This document shows, one piece after another, positions 13,903 through 27,417 of a DNA stretch of 64,000 nt. Source of the stretch: Basidiobolus meristosporus CBS 931.73 (taxonomy: Eukaryota; Fungi; Basidiobolomycota); NCBI GenBank assembly GCA_002104905.1, contig MCFE01000322.1, positions 31,379 through 95,378 of the forward strand, given 5' to 3'. The notes beneath the pieces were generated by a model, which saw nothing but the letters and a program-made list of their open reading frames with translations, was not told the DNA's origin and did not search any database. Position 1 is the first letter of the stretch. Each line of letters starts with the position of its first letter. Made by a program: the position numbers and the translations under genes.

Positions 13903-16900
13903 ATGGCAACTCTGGATACCGCCAAAAATTATTCACCCACCCTGGTTGGAATTGCTACCCAATTTGGTTTGACAACTGCGCTTTCTTGTGCGAGTTTTGT
14001 AGCCTTTGAAATACACCGTCGCTGGGGACTAACACAGCACCTCTACAACACTCGGTGTCGATTAAAGAGGTAATTGTTTGATCATAGGCGAGATATCAAA
14101 ATGATGTCGGTTTCTAAACTCCATCATAGAAACGCCACACCACAGCCACCGCGGACACCATTCGCCTGGATAGGAACGGTCCTTTCGTTCAAGGAATCCT
14201 TCTACTTGACTCATGTGGGACTCGACTGCGTGATATACCTGCGCTTTCTGAAGATGTCCTTTCAGTTGCTGCTTTTTAGCACGCTCACTATAGCAGCTAT
14301 TCTTATGCCGCTTAATTTCTTTGCCCAGGAGGCCGTTTTAATAGATGTGGAGAAAGTCTCCATAGGAAACATCCCGGATGGATCCAACATGCTTTGGATT
14401 CATTGGTTGCTTATATACTTCTTCTCTCTTTCAGTGTTGTACCTGCTGTATAGGAACACTAACGATTACGTCAAGTTGCGGATGAAGTATATCCAAAAAT
14501 TGGCATCCAAAGGAGCCATCCGGGCGAGAACAGTCATGGTCACCCACGTTCCTGACACGCTCAAACACGAGGAGAGGCTAAGGGCCTATTTTGGAGGTTT
14601 GGGCATCGGGGAAGTCGAGTCGGTTACCCTGATTAGGTTAACGACCAAGATCTCCCGGAAACTCAAAAGACGGGAGGCCATCCTTCGAGACTTGGAGCTG
14701 GCTCACATCGAGTTGATGCTAAACCTGCTATCCGATGTTAAGAAGAATGGGATCAAAGCGCTTTACCCCGAGGCTAACGAAAGGAATCTACCCAAGCATA
14801 TTTCCCACGCCTGGCAATTACTAGTGGGATACACTCAAAGCAATCGTCATGTGGATAGTGGTTCCGACCTCCCCATAAGCGATCTGCGGCCAATCTGGGA
14901 CATATTGAATGGAATTGATCGTCGAATACTGGACAAATACCAACCTGTTCGTAAAACCGGCTTGTTACGAACCGGTGAGAGCGTTATCACGATAGACTAC
15001 TTGCTGGGAAAGTTCAACAAACTGGACAGGCGGATAGCAGAGTTGAGACAAGTTGCCGAGAACGCGCATTATTACAAGCCAACTGGAACTGCCTTTATTA
15101 CCTTCAGAGAACAATCAGCTGCACAATTATGTGCACAAAGTATAGCTAGCTCGAGCCCTCACCAGTGTGTTACTAAACTCGCCCCTGAGCCTCGGGATAT
15201 CCTATGGGAAAACCATACCCGAAGTAACAATAACAAATTTATACGTCGGGTGATAGTCAACATCAGCATATGGTACACCTTTGCCTCACTATTGATTGAC
15301 TACTGCAACGTTGATGCCTAACTTCACCTGTTCCTTAGGGCTCTCACCATCTTGTGGCTCTTCCCCTCTACCTACTTCCTAAGCCTAGCTTCGTATGAAA
15401 AGCTATCGGAAAAGGTGCCCTATCTGGCCATCGTTGTTAGTAATACCCCCTGGGTCAAGTCATTAATCCAAACCGTATTGCCGTCGATTCTGATGTCAAC
15501 CTTTATGGTCGCTATGCCAAACATCTTCCTCGGTAACTGCTTTGTACGCAACTGATGTCCTCCGCATCCAAGCTAACCAGTGGATCTACAAACATAGGGG
15601 TATCCTATCAGCAGTGTTATTCATCATACTCCGAGTTGGAGATTTCAACCATCAATCGGTACTATCGATTTATAATTTTCAACGTCCTCTTCGTGTTCCT
15701 TCTGGGTTACGCATTTGTGGATGTCATCATCGAAGTCATCCAATCCCCCACCCACATAACGAATGTCCTGGCCGATAACCTACCGAAGGTAAGTGGTCTG
15801 GGCACGTCTTCGCTTGGGCGTGATGTGGCGCTAAGATCACCTTTGCATCTTACAGGGAGCGGCATTCTTTATCAATTATGTGATCCTGCAGACCTCCTCG
15901 CACGGATTCGAGATTTTGCAGATTGGTGTTCCTCTCTTCTACACGTATCTATTCGGAAATAGGTTCGTGGCCAAAACCCCGCGAGACTTGCAGAAGTGCC
16001 AGAAGCCGTACCCGTTCCCATACTATTACTACCTCCCAACCCATATCCTTATACTTGTCATATGTATCACCTACTCTATCATCAATCCCCTAATCTTGGT
16101 GTTTGGGGTGATCTACTACGGGATCGCAATCGTGGTGTATCGCTACCAGTTCGCGTATGCTTATACGAAGCAGTACGAGGCGAATGGTCGTTATTGGAGA
16201 TACATGTTTAGATATGTGTCGGACGGGTTGATCATATTTCAACTTGCGATGATCGGTTTGCTGGCTCTGAAGAAGGCGGTAACTGCCAGTCTGGCCCTCC
16301 TACCACTTCTGGGTGGCACGATCTACTTCAAATTTTACCATCGGAATACGTTCCGCGCATTAATGAAGTATGTTCCACTCGAGTCCCTGAAGGATCGAAC
16401 GAAGCCGGCCTACATTTCAGGACAACTTCAGCTGGAACTGGACGAATCTTCGCACATCGATATCGACAGCGATAACTCTATGAATAAGAGCACACCATGT
16501 TGTGATGTCTCTTATCGGGAAAACTATGAGATTGACCCACCTAGATTGCAGCCTAACGTTGTAAGAGAGGAGTCTGAGATACCGCCAGCGATAGCCATCT
16601 CACCCACATTCAAGGCATGCTCGGATACGGATAGTTTGACAATTCCAGACGGCTCTGATATACCAAGTCCAACGATCGGTCCAATCCAGAGAGCCCAACG
16701 GATAAGCCGAAGAGGCACCTCCGAAGCAAGGGGAAAGCGGGCCTCCACGACACTACACTCATCACCGTCCAAACGCCGATTCCAGAGGATTCAAAGCCAA
16801 ATCCTCTCCAACCCACTTCTCACACTCTTTCTCAGCCCGTTTGCCCACACTTCGAATATTCTTTCCGACCCGGATCGCCTATCCCCAAATCCGGTTCAGC

Positions 16901-17424
16901 CCAGCCGTGAGATATACCAGGACGAAACGAGCGTGTTCGAAACTTACTTGCATCCGGATTTTATCCGGTCTTTGCCGGGTAGAGTGTGGCTTCCGATAGA
17001 TCCCATGGCAAGACATTTCGATTTGGACGAAGGTGTAATCGAACGTGAAGAATGTCTCACCTCCTCCCATTACCCCGAAAATCACACTTCCATAATCTGC
17101 TACAGAGGGAACTCAAGTGACATGCCACCAATACCGGAGAATGGTGAGGCCGCCAAACTCGAAGCCCATGGGGATACGGTCTTTAATACGATCCATCATC
17201 TGGCCTATGCTCCTGACCCCAGTACCCCTGGGAGTGACTCTGGCTCAACGTTCCGCCAACCGGTCACAACACGTGGTACTGGAAGCTCGATTATGGAGCT
17301 AATAGGAGGAGCCATTCATGGATTCAATAGTTTTGACCACGAACCCATCAGCCCAACCTTGTCGGCTCAAGTGAAAAAGCAACATACGCGCAGATCATCC
17401 ATCTCCAGTGGATTAAGCACGTAA
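13903..17424 (+). CDS. OSCA/TMEM63 (CSC1/RSN1-like) calcium-permeable channel, multi-exon
   Basis: N-terminal TM exon from the ATG at 13903, then GLDCVIYLRFLKM, ARTVMVTHVP, TGTAFITF, LAPEPRDILWEN and a 7-TM region (INPLILVFGVIYY, FQLAMIGLLALK). Confidence 0.9.
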
Positions 17425-17797
17425 GAGTACAAAAGCAAGAGGTATGAACATTGATTTATGTATTTTATTGGCTGTATTAGTGTTTTCATAGCTGCCTCTG
17501 CTGAAGAACCCCATTCTCCTCCGGATTCTTTAGTTGTCGGGCTCGCTTTGCAACTGTAAATAAATGTGTGCAAAATAAATATTTAACGTAGAGCTCACTG
17601 CACGCCTTGCCTTCGCATCATGGGAGAATAGATGGTAAAAGAATATATTGCTAGATTTCAATGAAATATTGGAACGGCGAATAGATGTATAGTTTTTTGT
17701 GGGAACGAATCAGAAGAATTATTTCTACCATAGCGGTAACTGTTATGTCTTAAGCTCTATGAATCTAACATCGATCTCGAAGCATTGTTTATGACAA

Positions 17798-20700
17798 TTA
17801 ATTCCATTGGCAATTGCAATGACAGTCAGATACTGGACATTCACTGTGTCTTGAGAACCATTCTAGGATATGGGAGGCATGGCCTCCATGTCGGCATTTT
17901 TGACACCAAGTAAACCACATGCCAAAGTTTGTTGGTGAGTTTCCTGCATCACGAGATCAATAGGCGCTCAATTTGTACACAAACGAAGCACATGTTACCT
18001 TGGTTTCCATCCGGTTGCCCCCCAAACGACGACTTCTTGGTGGAATCCATGGGGGTGCCCAGATTCAGCAAGCATAGTGAGCATCTTGGTAGCGGCTTTC
18101 GGCAACTAGGGCAGCATGTAGACTAAGAGATCCATGATGGTGAGCGCATTAGATCATTGGATATCAGCATGCTGGCCAAATCACTTACCCCCACTCGTTT
18201 GTTCGAGTCTCCACTAATCCCACCTACGCCCATCCGCCTACCATCTCTACCTCTGTTACCAGGGGCGATGGATGAATGCGCAACGCTCTGACTGCAGAAA
18301 TTACACCTAACATAGACCTGAGGAGGAGTAATATCTGCCGATCTGGTACCCATCTTCTTGCCTCTCGCGATGTCGAAATGCGCACGAATGTGGTAGAGTT
18401 GCCAACGATCCAATAACAGACGATAGCTTCGGTTTTAAATAACAGTTAGACGACAATCATGATTTGCACGAGATTTCAGAGATCTATACTTTTCTGTCCA
18501 TTCATGAACCCGTTGATCTTTGAATCGCCGAGGTACACAATAACTCATCACCAAGCTTGCCGTTTGGATGTCTCCAGTATTATTTACATATTGCTCCATT
18601 AAATCTGCGCCTTGGCTAGTAAGTCCGGTTAGGATAAGGCCTTCAACATCTCCGGTGACAAGCATTTTGGAAACAGTCGAATCTACATAGCCAACGAGCT
18701 TCACAGACGCTTAATGCAAAGAACTATCGGACGAAACAAACAAACCATATATTACCTCATCGTCATTCAAAAATCGGATGGCCACACCAAGGCGGTCTCG
18801 CAATGGCAACTCTTCATGCTCTAGCACCACCTTCCAGTCGCCAGATGAGATGTATCCAAATATAGCTCTTAAATAAGGATCGGATAATTCTAGGCTTAGA
18901 GTTCTACAGAGATCCTGCCAGATTGTAGAGCTGCGGCCTTCCTTGTTAGAATGGCCAGCAAGTGCAGTAGAAATTAACTTGAGTCTTTCATCTAAAGTGA
19001 CATTAGTGGATCAGTATTGATGCTTAAGGTGCTGGAGCGAACAGGATACTTACCTTTGCTGTTGCTCAGGATTCTTATAGCCTTTGTGAAATCCGCATGG
19101 AATAAAGCCCAACCGGCAGCCTTTTCAAATTCCCCGTTGAGCTCCAGGCTATTCCGACAAAGATTAGCACCTTACTGCAAAAACCAAGCCATCAGAGAAC
19201 CCGCACTTACTTTGAGAGCACTTTATCAAGCTCGGATCTCGTGAATCCCCAACCACACATAACGAGTGCTAACTTGCGTTGTAAAGTTCGGGAACTTGAG
19301 GCCATGTAGATTTCGTCGCTTTCAGTACTTGTACTGGCTGGCAGGTAGTTGTTGGCTGAGTTTGTGCTGGCGGTAGAGCTGCGTGCAGTAAGTTGGGATC
19401 TTCGTTTAGGTGAAAGCGCTAAACATTTGGCGGACCATGTTAAACTTCACAAATTGTATTCATGCAAAGTATTCCAGCTTACCCCGTATATCTTCAAGCA
19501 CAGTTTGGATTCCCTGGAAACTAAAATCGTAATTCCCGATCTTGGCTTTACCAGCAGCGGTTAGCTCTTCCGCTTCTGTTTTTGAAATTTGGTTAAAGGT
19601 CAAATAGTATTGCAATTAGCGAAAGTACATTCGGCAAATCAAAAAAGATACGAAGCAGCCACTCCCACAGTTCCTTCAAAGGCCGTGATTCTGTGATGAT
19701 AGGCAGGTTATCGGAGGTCTAATAGCACATTGTTAATGGACATCAGAAAATGGCTGATATTAGGAAGAAGTCTTACATTCATGGAGTAGCCTTTGATAGC
19801 ACGATTTTTCATAATAACCGATATATCAAATTGAAGATCGGAAGTGCCGCTGGATTCTGATGAAATCTGCAATGTTGACTTTGCACTTTTGAACAGCTTT
19901 TTCCCACCGATGTTGCTATCAAGAGCCAGCTGAGCCATAAACCTCCCGAGGGCATCACTGCTCTTCATCTCCTTTCCGTTATCCATATTTGGTGTTTCTT
20001 TGTGCGAATTATCCATCGTATTTTCAACCTCGGTTTCGACCTGGGAGATGTTTTTGTTGCCAGCAATTAGAAGGTTTCCGCTTGGCTTCCACGCAATCTT
20101 GAATGATTCTTGGATTGTTACGTTTTCAATCAACGAATCTTTGTTGACTGAAAGCAGATGATACGTTGAGGAATTCGAGGAGTACGGAACCCAGGTAAAT
20201 GAAGCAAGCGGTCTAGAAAACAGTTTTGCTGATAATAGTTCAGTATACGAAGCATCTGGTAGAACAAGAAACATTCTTACTTTGTCTGCATTTCCAAAGT
20301 ACAGGCACATCGCACTCATCTTCTGGATTACTATACCCAATTGAGGCAGAGCTGGATTGAACACTGGCCAGTTTATCCGAGACGTTACCAATGCCGCCTA
20401 CGCCAACTGTAGTTCCCGAACCCATAACATTCGAGGTACCACCCACCGCAGCTGACTTTATAACGTTGCCAGTATTGATCATATCTCCGGGCAACGGCAC
20501 CCTAGAAGTATTCAAGGCATTGCCAGTCATATAGCTGCTACCACCGCTCAAGAGCATGCTATTTGTGTCAGCAAAGTTTCCGTTAACTCCGTAGCCAGCT
20601 GAGCTTCTGTTGGGATATAGCGTGGAGGAAGTATAAACTTTGGTCGTTCCTTCTTGAATATCCCATATGCGAACGTAATTCGATTCCTTCCCAAGTGTAG

Positions 20701-22200
20701 CTAATAGACCGGATCTACGTGGGGAAAAGGCCATATTCGACAGGCCCGCCGACCTGGTTGACCCATTGATTGTTAATACTTGGAAAATATCGTCAAGGAC
20801 ACTACAAAGCAAAGCAATGGTATCTGAAATGGCATTGTCAAAAAGGATATTGCTTCAGTGGGCTTTCGGATATCCCAGATCTTTACTATTCCATCTTCCG
20901 TGTGTGATGCAAATCTATAAGGATGAAATGGATCCACACTAATCCCATATATTGCTTTGGTAGCAAAAATTACACCTGGGGGGCTGCTGGAATCCGCTAC
21001 AAAATAAAAGCTGGCATCAGTCAAGTGCCCAATGGTAGTTCAGTTGTTTTGTTGGCTTGCCTCGAACGTCGTACACACGCAGCCATTTTAATCCCATGCC
21101 AGCCACTAACTGGGATGGTGAGTCTGGAAACCATGCGCATGATGTGATTGCCTCCGAAGAGCCATACTGTTGAATAGGCCTGACATCTTCATTACGGGTG
21201 TAGCTGAAAAAGGGTAAGAATGTGCAAGGAGACTCGCAATAAATTATCATATATACTCACGCGGATGAGACCATCTGTTTAAGTGGGTTCGTATCTGACG
21301 GCAGTGGATTCATTCCCATTCGAGCTGGTTCTATTTTGCGTTAGTAATAAAATCAGAAAACTTCCCGGAATATATATAATTACCAAAAGTAGGCTCGTTC
21401 CCGTTGGTACGAATGGAAACAACTTTCTTGGGTGTCGCGTGAACTCCGTCATTATGAAAGAATGGACTTTTCTCGGCTGGAACACTCTTTCCGACGCTGC
21501 CACTGAAGCTGTCTTCCCGGGTAAGTGTTGGTCTGAAGGTGTTGGATCCGACATTCGTTGGAGCACCACGCGCTTGCTGCACGTCCCATATCATTAAACA
21601 ATAATCATTTCGTACTTTATCCAACCCAGTGGCTAGAAGTTTCGGCTCCGCGTCAGAAAACGCCACCACATTACAAGCTCTAGAGTGCCGTATGTTAAAG
21701 GAAGGGTACGTTTGCTGCTGTGCAAATGACAAAGGTCTATTGAAACTTTTATTAGTCGGAGAAGTAATATATGGTGAGGAATCGACGGGCGCGCTGTTGC
21801 TCAAACGGACTAGTAAGGTTCGTCCTGTGGTCAGACCAACGGCTATCAAATCAGGATATGAAGGGTCTGGTGACCAGGCAAAACACTTCACATATTAATA
21901 AGCTCTATTTAGCACCAAATCACCGGCTAACGTCAGCAAGAAAGTTACCTTCATCAACGGGACGTCCGAATTCACCGCAATCATGGAAATTTCAGGACTG
22001 TCTCCAGCCATCTATGAGGAAGGAACACAAACCGAAGGTTGTTTAGCAGAGGCTACAATGTGCATTATAAGGTTAATAGGTTTCCTACGTACTCTAGGTG
22101 CTACCCATTCATAAAGTCTTAAATCTGTAGAACCGATAATAAATTGGTTCTGATCTGGGTGTGGAGACCACACCACTCTCTGGTTTCGAATGGTATTCAT
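17798..22200 (-). CDS. SEA4: GATOR2/SEA complex WD40 subunit SEA4/MIOS, multi-exon
   Basis: [60 protein letters not shown] and QVYVRCNFC, ending in a C-terminal zinc finger [17 protein letters not shown] with stop at 17798-17800. Confidence 0.9.
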
Positions 22201-22582
22201 TTCTTCGCTACCACTAATCTAAGAAGCAACACTACGCTAATCGCCAATAAATGCTCACAAATATTCTCACATTACCCATCTATTTGATTAATGTTCATAT
22301 GATCGTTCACCCCAGCACTAAGGCTCCGATTTTCGAAATATCAAGTATCGGATTTATGATGGCACATGATAATCGGTATTCTAGTCTTCGAATGATGAAA
22401 GTCAGGCCACGTCTCATGCAATACAATAAGGGAACACGTTAACAAGCTGCATAACATACACCAAAGTTAGACCAGATTCATTCAACCACTGTTGATAAAT
22501 ATTTTGATTGGGCAAATATTTTTTCTTTAATGGTTTCAAAAGAAGGTGGAGTTCGTTTACTACTTGTTTCTTGAATATAAGA

Positions 22583-23336
22583 ATGACGGTTGCCTTGGCA
22601 AATAAAGAATTATTCGGCGGTGCGATCACCACCTATGTCCCAACCACTTTTATTGACATAAGGTAATCCCATATGGAATTGGACTTGGAGCTGTCTGTAC
22701 TGATGTATCCTGTTGTATTCACAATAGTCAGTTGCGCGAAGTTCCAGACAACCAGGAGGTCTATGTAGATACTAATACGGACCAGAGTGTTATTGTGGAA
22801 TTATTAGAATTGGCTGAAGAAGCAGCAGATGCCGATTGTGCTAGGTATTACTTTCAGACTGTTCTTTAAAAGCAAGTTCCTCACACCATATACTTAGCTA
22901 TCACTTCAAACAAATTGCTGAGCATAACGATGCTTCGGCAGAGAACCAAATACTCAAGGTAGTTCAGCTAGAAGACTCTGAAGTGCCCAACCTACCGTAA
23001 GGAAAAAGTGATATATTCTCAGGAGGTTTATACTAACTACATATTGTGCTCTAATGTAGTAAGGACGCCAAAAAATATTTACTTGTTGGAAGACAAACTA
23101 TTTCCAAATATAACGAATCAGATCCCAACGCTCGGAATGTTGTGAACATATACTTGGCCGTCTTCCGAATTCCTAAGATCACTACAGATATCATTGTGAG
23201 CTACAATCATCCAGTTGTAATTGGACCTACAAGCAGCAGCCGAGATACTCAAGCAGGTTCAGTAGACGAAGTCGAGAATAACTTCAAGAAGATTCTTGCT
23301 TCATTCAATATTAATGACTGGTCACTCTTTTGCTGA
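22583..23336 (+). CDS. MOG1: Ran guanine-nucleotide release factor Mog1, multi-exon
   Basis: Exons read KELFGGAIT, SQLREVPDNQEVY, DQSVIVELLE and YLAVFRIPKITTDIIVSYNHP, ending FNINDWSLFC. Confidence 0.88.
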
Positions 23337-24142
23337 AATAAACATTGAGCTTGACTTTATTGTGTCACGTTGAAACAGATCCCAGGAGATTTGAGTATCT
23401 TTGGGTTTCAAGGTGCGTTTGCTGATGAGAGGTCTGGATAGGATGCTGGACTTTCAAATAAGGGCCTGCGCTGAAGTCGGCTCTATCTTATGACGAGATA
23501 TAACGTATGATCGATGCTGCTAATTAGCTCGAATATTTATCCTGAAAGAATTTCCTGGATGGAGAGCAAAAGGTGCATATGACACAACATTAAAGTAGCA
23601 TTTGTAGTAGGGATTCCTTTTCGAGAACAATTGATTTGCTGTGTTGTAATCCGTATTTTATGCATTCCTCTAAGCAGTATGCAACACGTGGCAAAGCTGA
23701 TTCAAACATAAGCCAGTCTCCATTCGACATTCATGCAACTGGTGGGCTCTTACTGTAATAGCACAGGATGCTAACGGTGAAATCTAGCATTCGTTCAATC
23801 ATTTGCGATCTCCATCAGTCATGCATGAAAGCTCCTAGAAAGCGGTGAGCTACAAATTGTGGCACTCAGGCATATCAGATAGCTGCAAAAGAGTATTCAC
23901 CTAATCAGGCATCTTGGTTAGTATGCAGCAATTTATAGACACATCAAGCTCGAAGAATAGTATCGAATCTACTCCTGCAATAGTTGTTTACAAATACACG
24001 TGTATTGCTTAATCCCAGTAGATCACTGGAGGAGGTATTGTGGAACAAATATTGTTACTATAATCCTTTAAATCTTAGCAGGGAGCCCCTTCAGAACCTA
24101 TGCTCCCATTTCTAAATTAGCTCTAACACTAACTTAACCACC

Positions 24143-24396
24143 ATGACTTCCAATCCTTTAATCCGGAGAGTCATCCAGAAGCACTATCAATACGAGCTTG
24201 TAACCGCTCTGTATATGTTAGAGCCATGGGAAAAAGCCATTTTTCGTATCCTTTTTACACATTGATGTTGGTCGTAGATTCTTTAGCTTGATTCCTTGAT
24301 TTTCTGAATTCAGATACCGTGACGCTTCTCATCCTCCTGGTACCGGTGTACTCTGCCTATCTTTACCTCTCCAAGAGCCTGTTCGGGACCTTGTAG
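24143..24396 (+). CDS. Serine palmitoyltransferase small subunit (SPTssA/B-like); exons 24143-24245 and 24314-24396
   Basis: Absent from the ORF track. The spliced product is MTSNPLIRRVIQKHYQYELVTALYMLEPWEKAIFHTVTLLILLVPVYSAYLYLSKSLFGTL, containing the YQY..VT.LYMLEPWE family motif. Confidence 0.85.
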
Positions 24397-24975
24397 CACT
24401 TCCACCTGGATTGAAAAGCGACTGCTATGACGTCAATGGGTAAAGTAGCGTTCAATCCAATATTTCACGTACCAATCAATTCACCAATGTGGCAAGATTG
24501 CACCTGATATAAATTCCGGAACAGACCCGGTGCTGACTCAAATGTTGTAAAAGCGGTAACACAATATCTATGGCTTCGGTTGGCGTTAGTGCAGTAAAAG
24601 TTATTGTTATTCAAATTGCAGCAAACTTCACCAAGCACGCAATGCAATGCCTCGCAAACAAGAATCTTGAAAAGATTTATTTACATGAGGGATGGCTTCA
24701 TTCTGGATGTTAATAAATGTCTAAGGATAAAGAAATAGCAACTGCTACAACGCACAAGGGTAACTCGCCGGAATGTCCAAATCCAAAGTTAACAGAATCA
24801 CTGCTTTGAATTGGGTATGGCTCAAGAGGATAGGAAATTAATGTTTCAAAAGGATTGAATGATGATTTGAGCAATTCATTCGTTTAGAGTTACATAAAGC
24901 TTTGGTAAACATATTAAAATCATTAGCAATAGATAAACGGATGGGTTGGTATTACCTAGTATGGTAGTGGCATCG

Positions 24976-26474
24976 CTAAACCTTTGCAACACAATCCTTT
25001 GGAAATACCCCTTTGAACTGTGAGTTACGGCTTCGATTGTATCCGTAGAGCATCCCTGCGACCTCATCTAAAACCACAAGCTCGTCTCCCTTGTAAACAA
25101 AGATCTCCTCGTCGGTTTGTGGCACATGTGTTTCTACAGCCCGGATGACCAAATTTTGATCTCCGGTACTGCTTAACTTGGTTCGCGATGAAGGACTGTG
25201 TGACGCTTTCATTGGGCCTATCCAAGCTTGTCAACATAACATTCGAGCGTCTTGGAATGATTAAATAGTTTATCATACCAATTGTAGTAGTTCTTGATTT
25301 GAAGCGGAATACCAAGAATCCCGCAACACAAAGGACTGCTAAAACGCCAACCACTATGCCGATAATCGCCCCTATAGAAAGCATTTTGGTGGGAGTGGAC
25401 TTTTGTGACCCAGTGGCTGCGGTCCCGTTCACTATATTCTCATTCATCGTTCCTAGCAAACCATTAGTCAGAGCCACATTGATGGGGATATGACAGTTCA
25501 CATACCTTGGCACTGTGGGAGGTACTGAACTCCCTCACAACGAGTGTTGAATCCAGGCGGACGGCACGAGAAGTTGTTATCTTTGAGTTCACACTTGAAG
25601 CCACTCATTGTTTGTGTGTCTCCTGCAAGCTCGAGGTTAATTGCTGGGAGGGGCCCCGAAAGCATATTCCCCTGAAGTCCCCTAATAACGAGCTGCTTAA
25701 GAAATGTCTGTCGCCTTCATATAGTTTACAAAGAATCCTTACAAGTAATTCATGGTTGTCTTCTTAACAATTGATGTTGGGATGCTTCCAATCAAGCGAT
25801 TCTGATTCAGGTTTCTAAATACATATTGAACCATTATGAATCTATTGCATCGGCTGCAGCAATGAAACTCACTTACACATGAACAAGGGGAGCATCGAAG
25901 AGCTCTGATGGAATTTCTCCTTGTAGTTGGCATTCAGAGCAACGGCTATGATAGGAGGTAAATACGCATTTGAGGTGGTGTAATCACCATCAGTACTTAC
26001 AAAACACTAAGTCGTTGAAGTCTTCCCAATCCTGGAGGGATCTGACCTCTGATAGTCGATACTGATAGATGGCTGGATTACCATTAGCAATAGGAAGTGA
26101 GCACAATTATATGAGCATGATACTCACAGCTCTGCAAGGTACGATAATTTGAAGATATCATCAGGAATCCTGCCTCCAAGGTTGTTTCGCTCCAGCACAC
26201 TGAAACAGAGTTGAGTTTAAAAGAGGATTGGCTCAGCAATGGTCTGTACATACATAGCCGAGACTCGGGTGCCAGCCTGGCAACTCACACCACTCCAAGA
26301 GCAGCAGTTTCCATTGTTGAAATCGTTCCAGCCGGTTTGGTTTAACCAGCCGGGCCCGGAAAGCGAGGGATAGAGTACGTTGCGAAGATAGTTGCAATCG
26401 TCAGATAGGAACTGGGCTCTAAAGCCCGGTAAGGTCAACAAAGTTGCTGTTATCCAGAATAATAGCCAGCTCAT
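24976..26474 (-). CDS. LRR ectodomain / single TM / SH3 receptor-like protein, multi-exon
   Basis: Signal peptide, an LRRNT cap (GWND...CCSWSGVSC), one-repeat LRR exons (NNLGGRIP, IRGQIPP, LQGEIPS, NRLIGSIP), a TM segment (IIGIVVGVLAVLCVAGFLVF) and a terminal SH3-like domain (AVETHVPQTDEEIFVYKGD...GVFPKDCV). Confidence 0.75.
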
Positions 26475-27417
26475 ATCTAGTTATGATGAAGTGAATGAAA
26501 CCGTTGCGTCTGAGAGAGCTGAACATACCTTAAATAAGCGACCAAACTCATCGCATCGAAATTCATGTAAGGAATCGGGAAGCGATGTATCGATCTTCCA
26601 CCGCTTTTTCGATATAGGTCAATGACTTCCATACGCTTGGATTTACCAGACTTTCAGCCCCGCTTCTAATTACAGCGCATAATATGATATGTCTTTCAAT
26701 TCCATTCTGCTCTTAATATTCCTGGTACATAACTGTACCTGTGGTAAACAAATGTCATCCTTCTAACTATGTCAAATTGATGGATCCAGATACTGCATTG
26801 ATTTCCGTTTAGTCATCACCAACAGACATCGTGTACTTGGACCACTGGTACGCACATGCATAAGACCAGATTTTCCTGATGGGAAAACGGCTACTATGGT
26901 AACGGTAGTATACACTTTGTACACTACTGATATCAACCCTGAGCATCCCTTCAGCCCCCAACCGTCGAGCCTCCTTTTCAACCCTTGCATGTATCTACAA
27001 ACTCCCTCAATTCAAGCTGTCGGATCACTTTATGTACTGCAACAACGTAGCCTAACTATTACCCAACAAAAAGGGGAAATCCTGTAGCCTGCACAGCCAG
27101 CCTTAACTATATGCCCCTATTGTACACAATTACTTGTTCAAGCATGCCAACTATTCTATGAAACAAGCCAGGGCCACACAGCCTCGCATCTTGTTTACTA
27201 CGATCGCAGTAGATTCTTACAATCCACTCGCCCATACGTGCGCACAGGGCGCCAACGTCATCTAGAAGCCGAGGGATATTGCTCTCTCATCCCAAGATCC
27301 CAATACAATATAACCAATTTTCGACGGATGACATTGATTCGACTCTAATTGGCTGAATTTTATTTATACATTTCATTATTAAAATTTGCAATTATACAGT
27401 AGGCTGACTCTAGTAGA

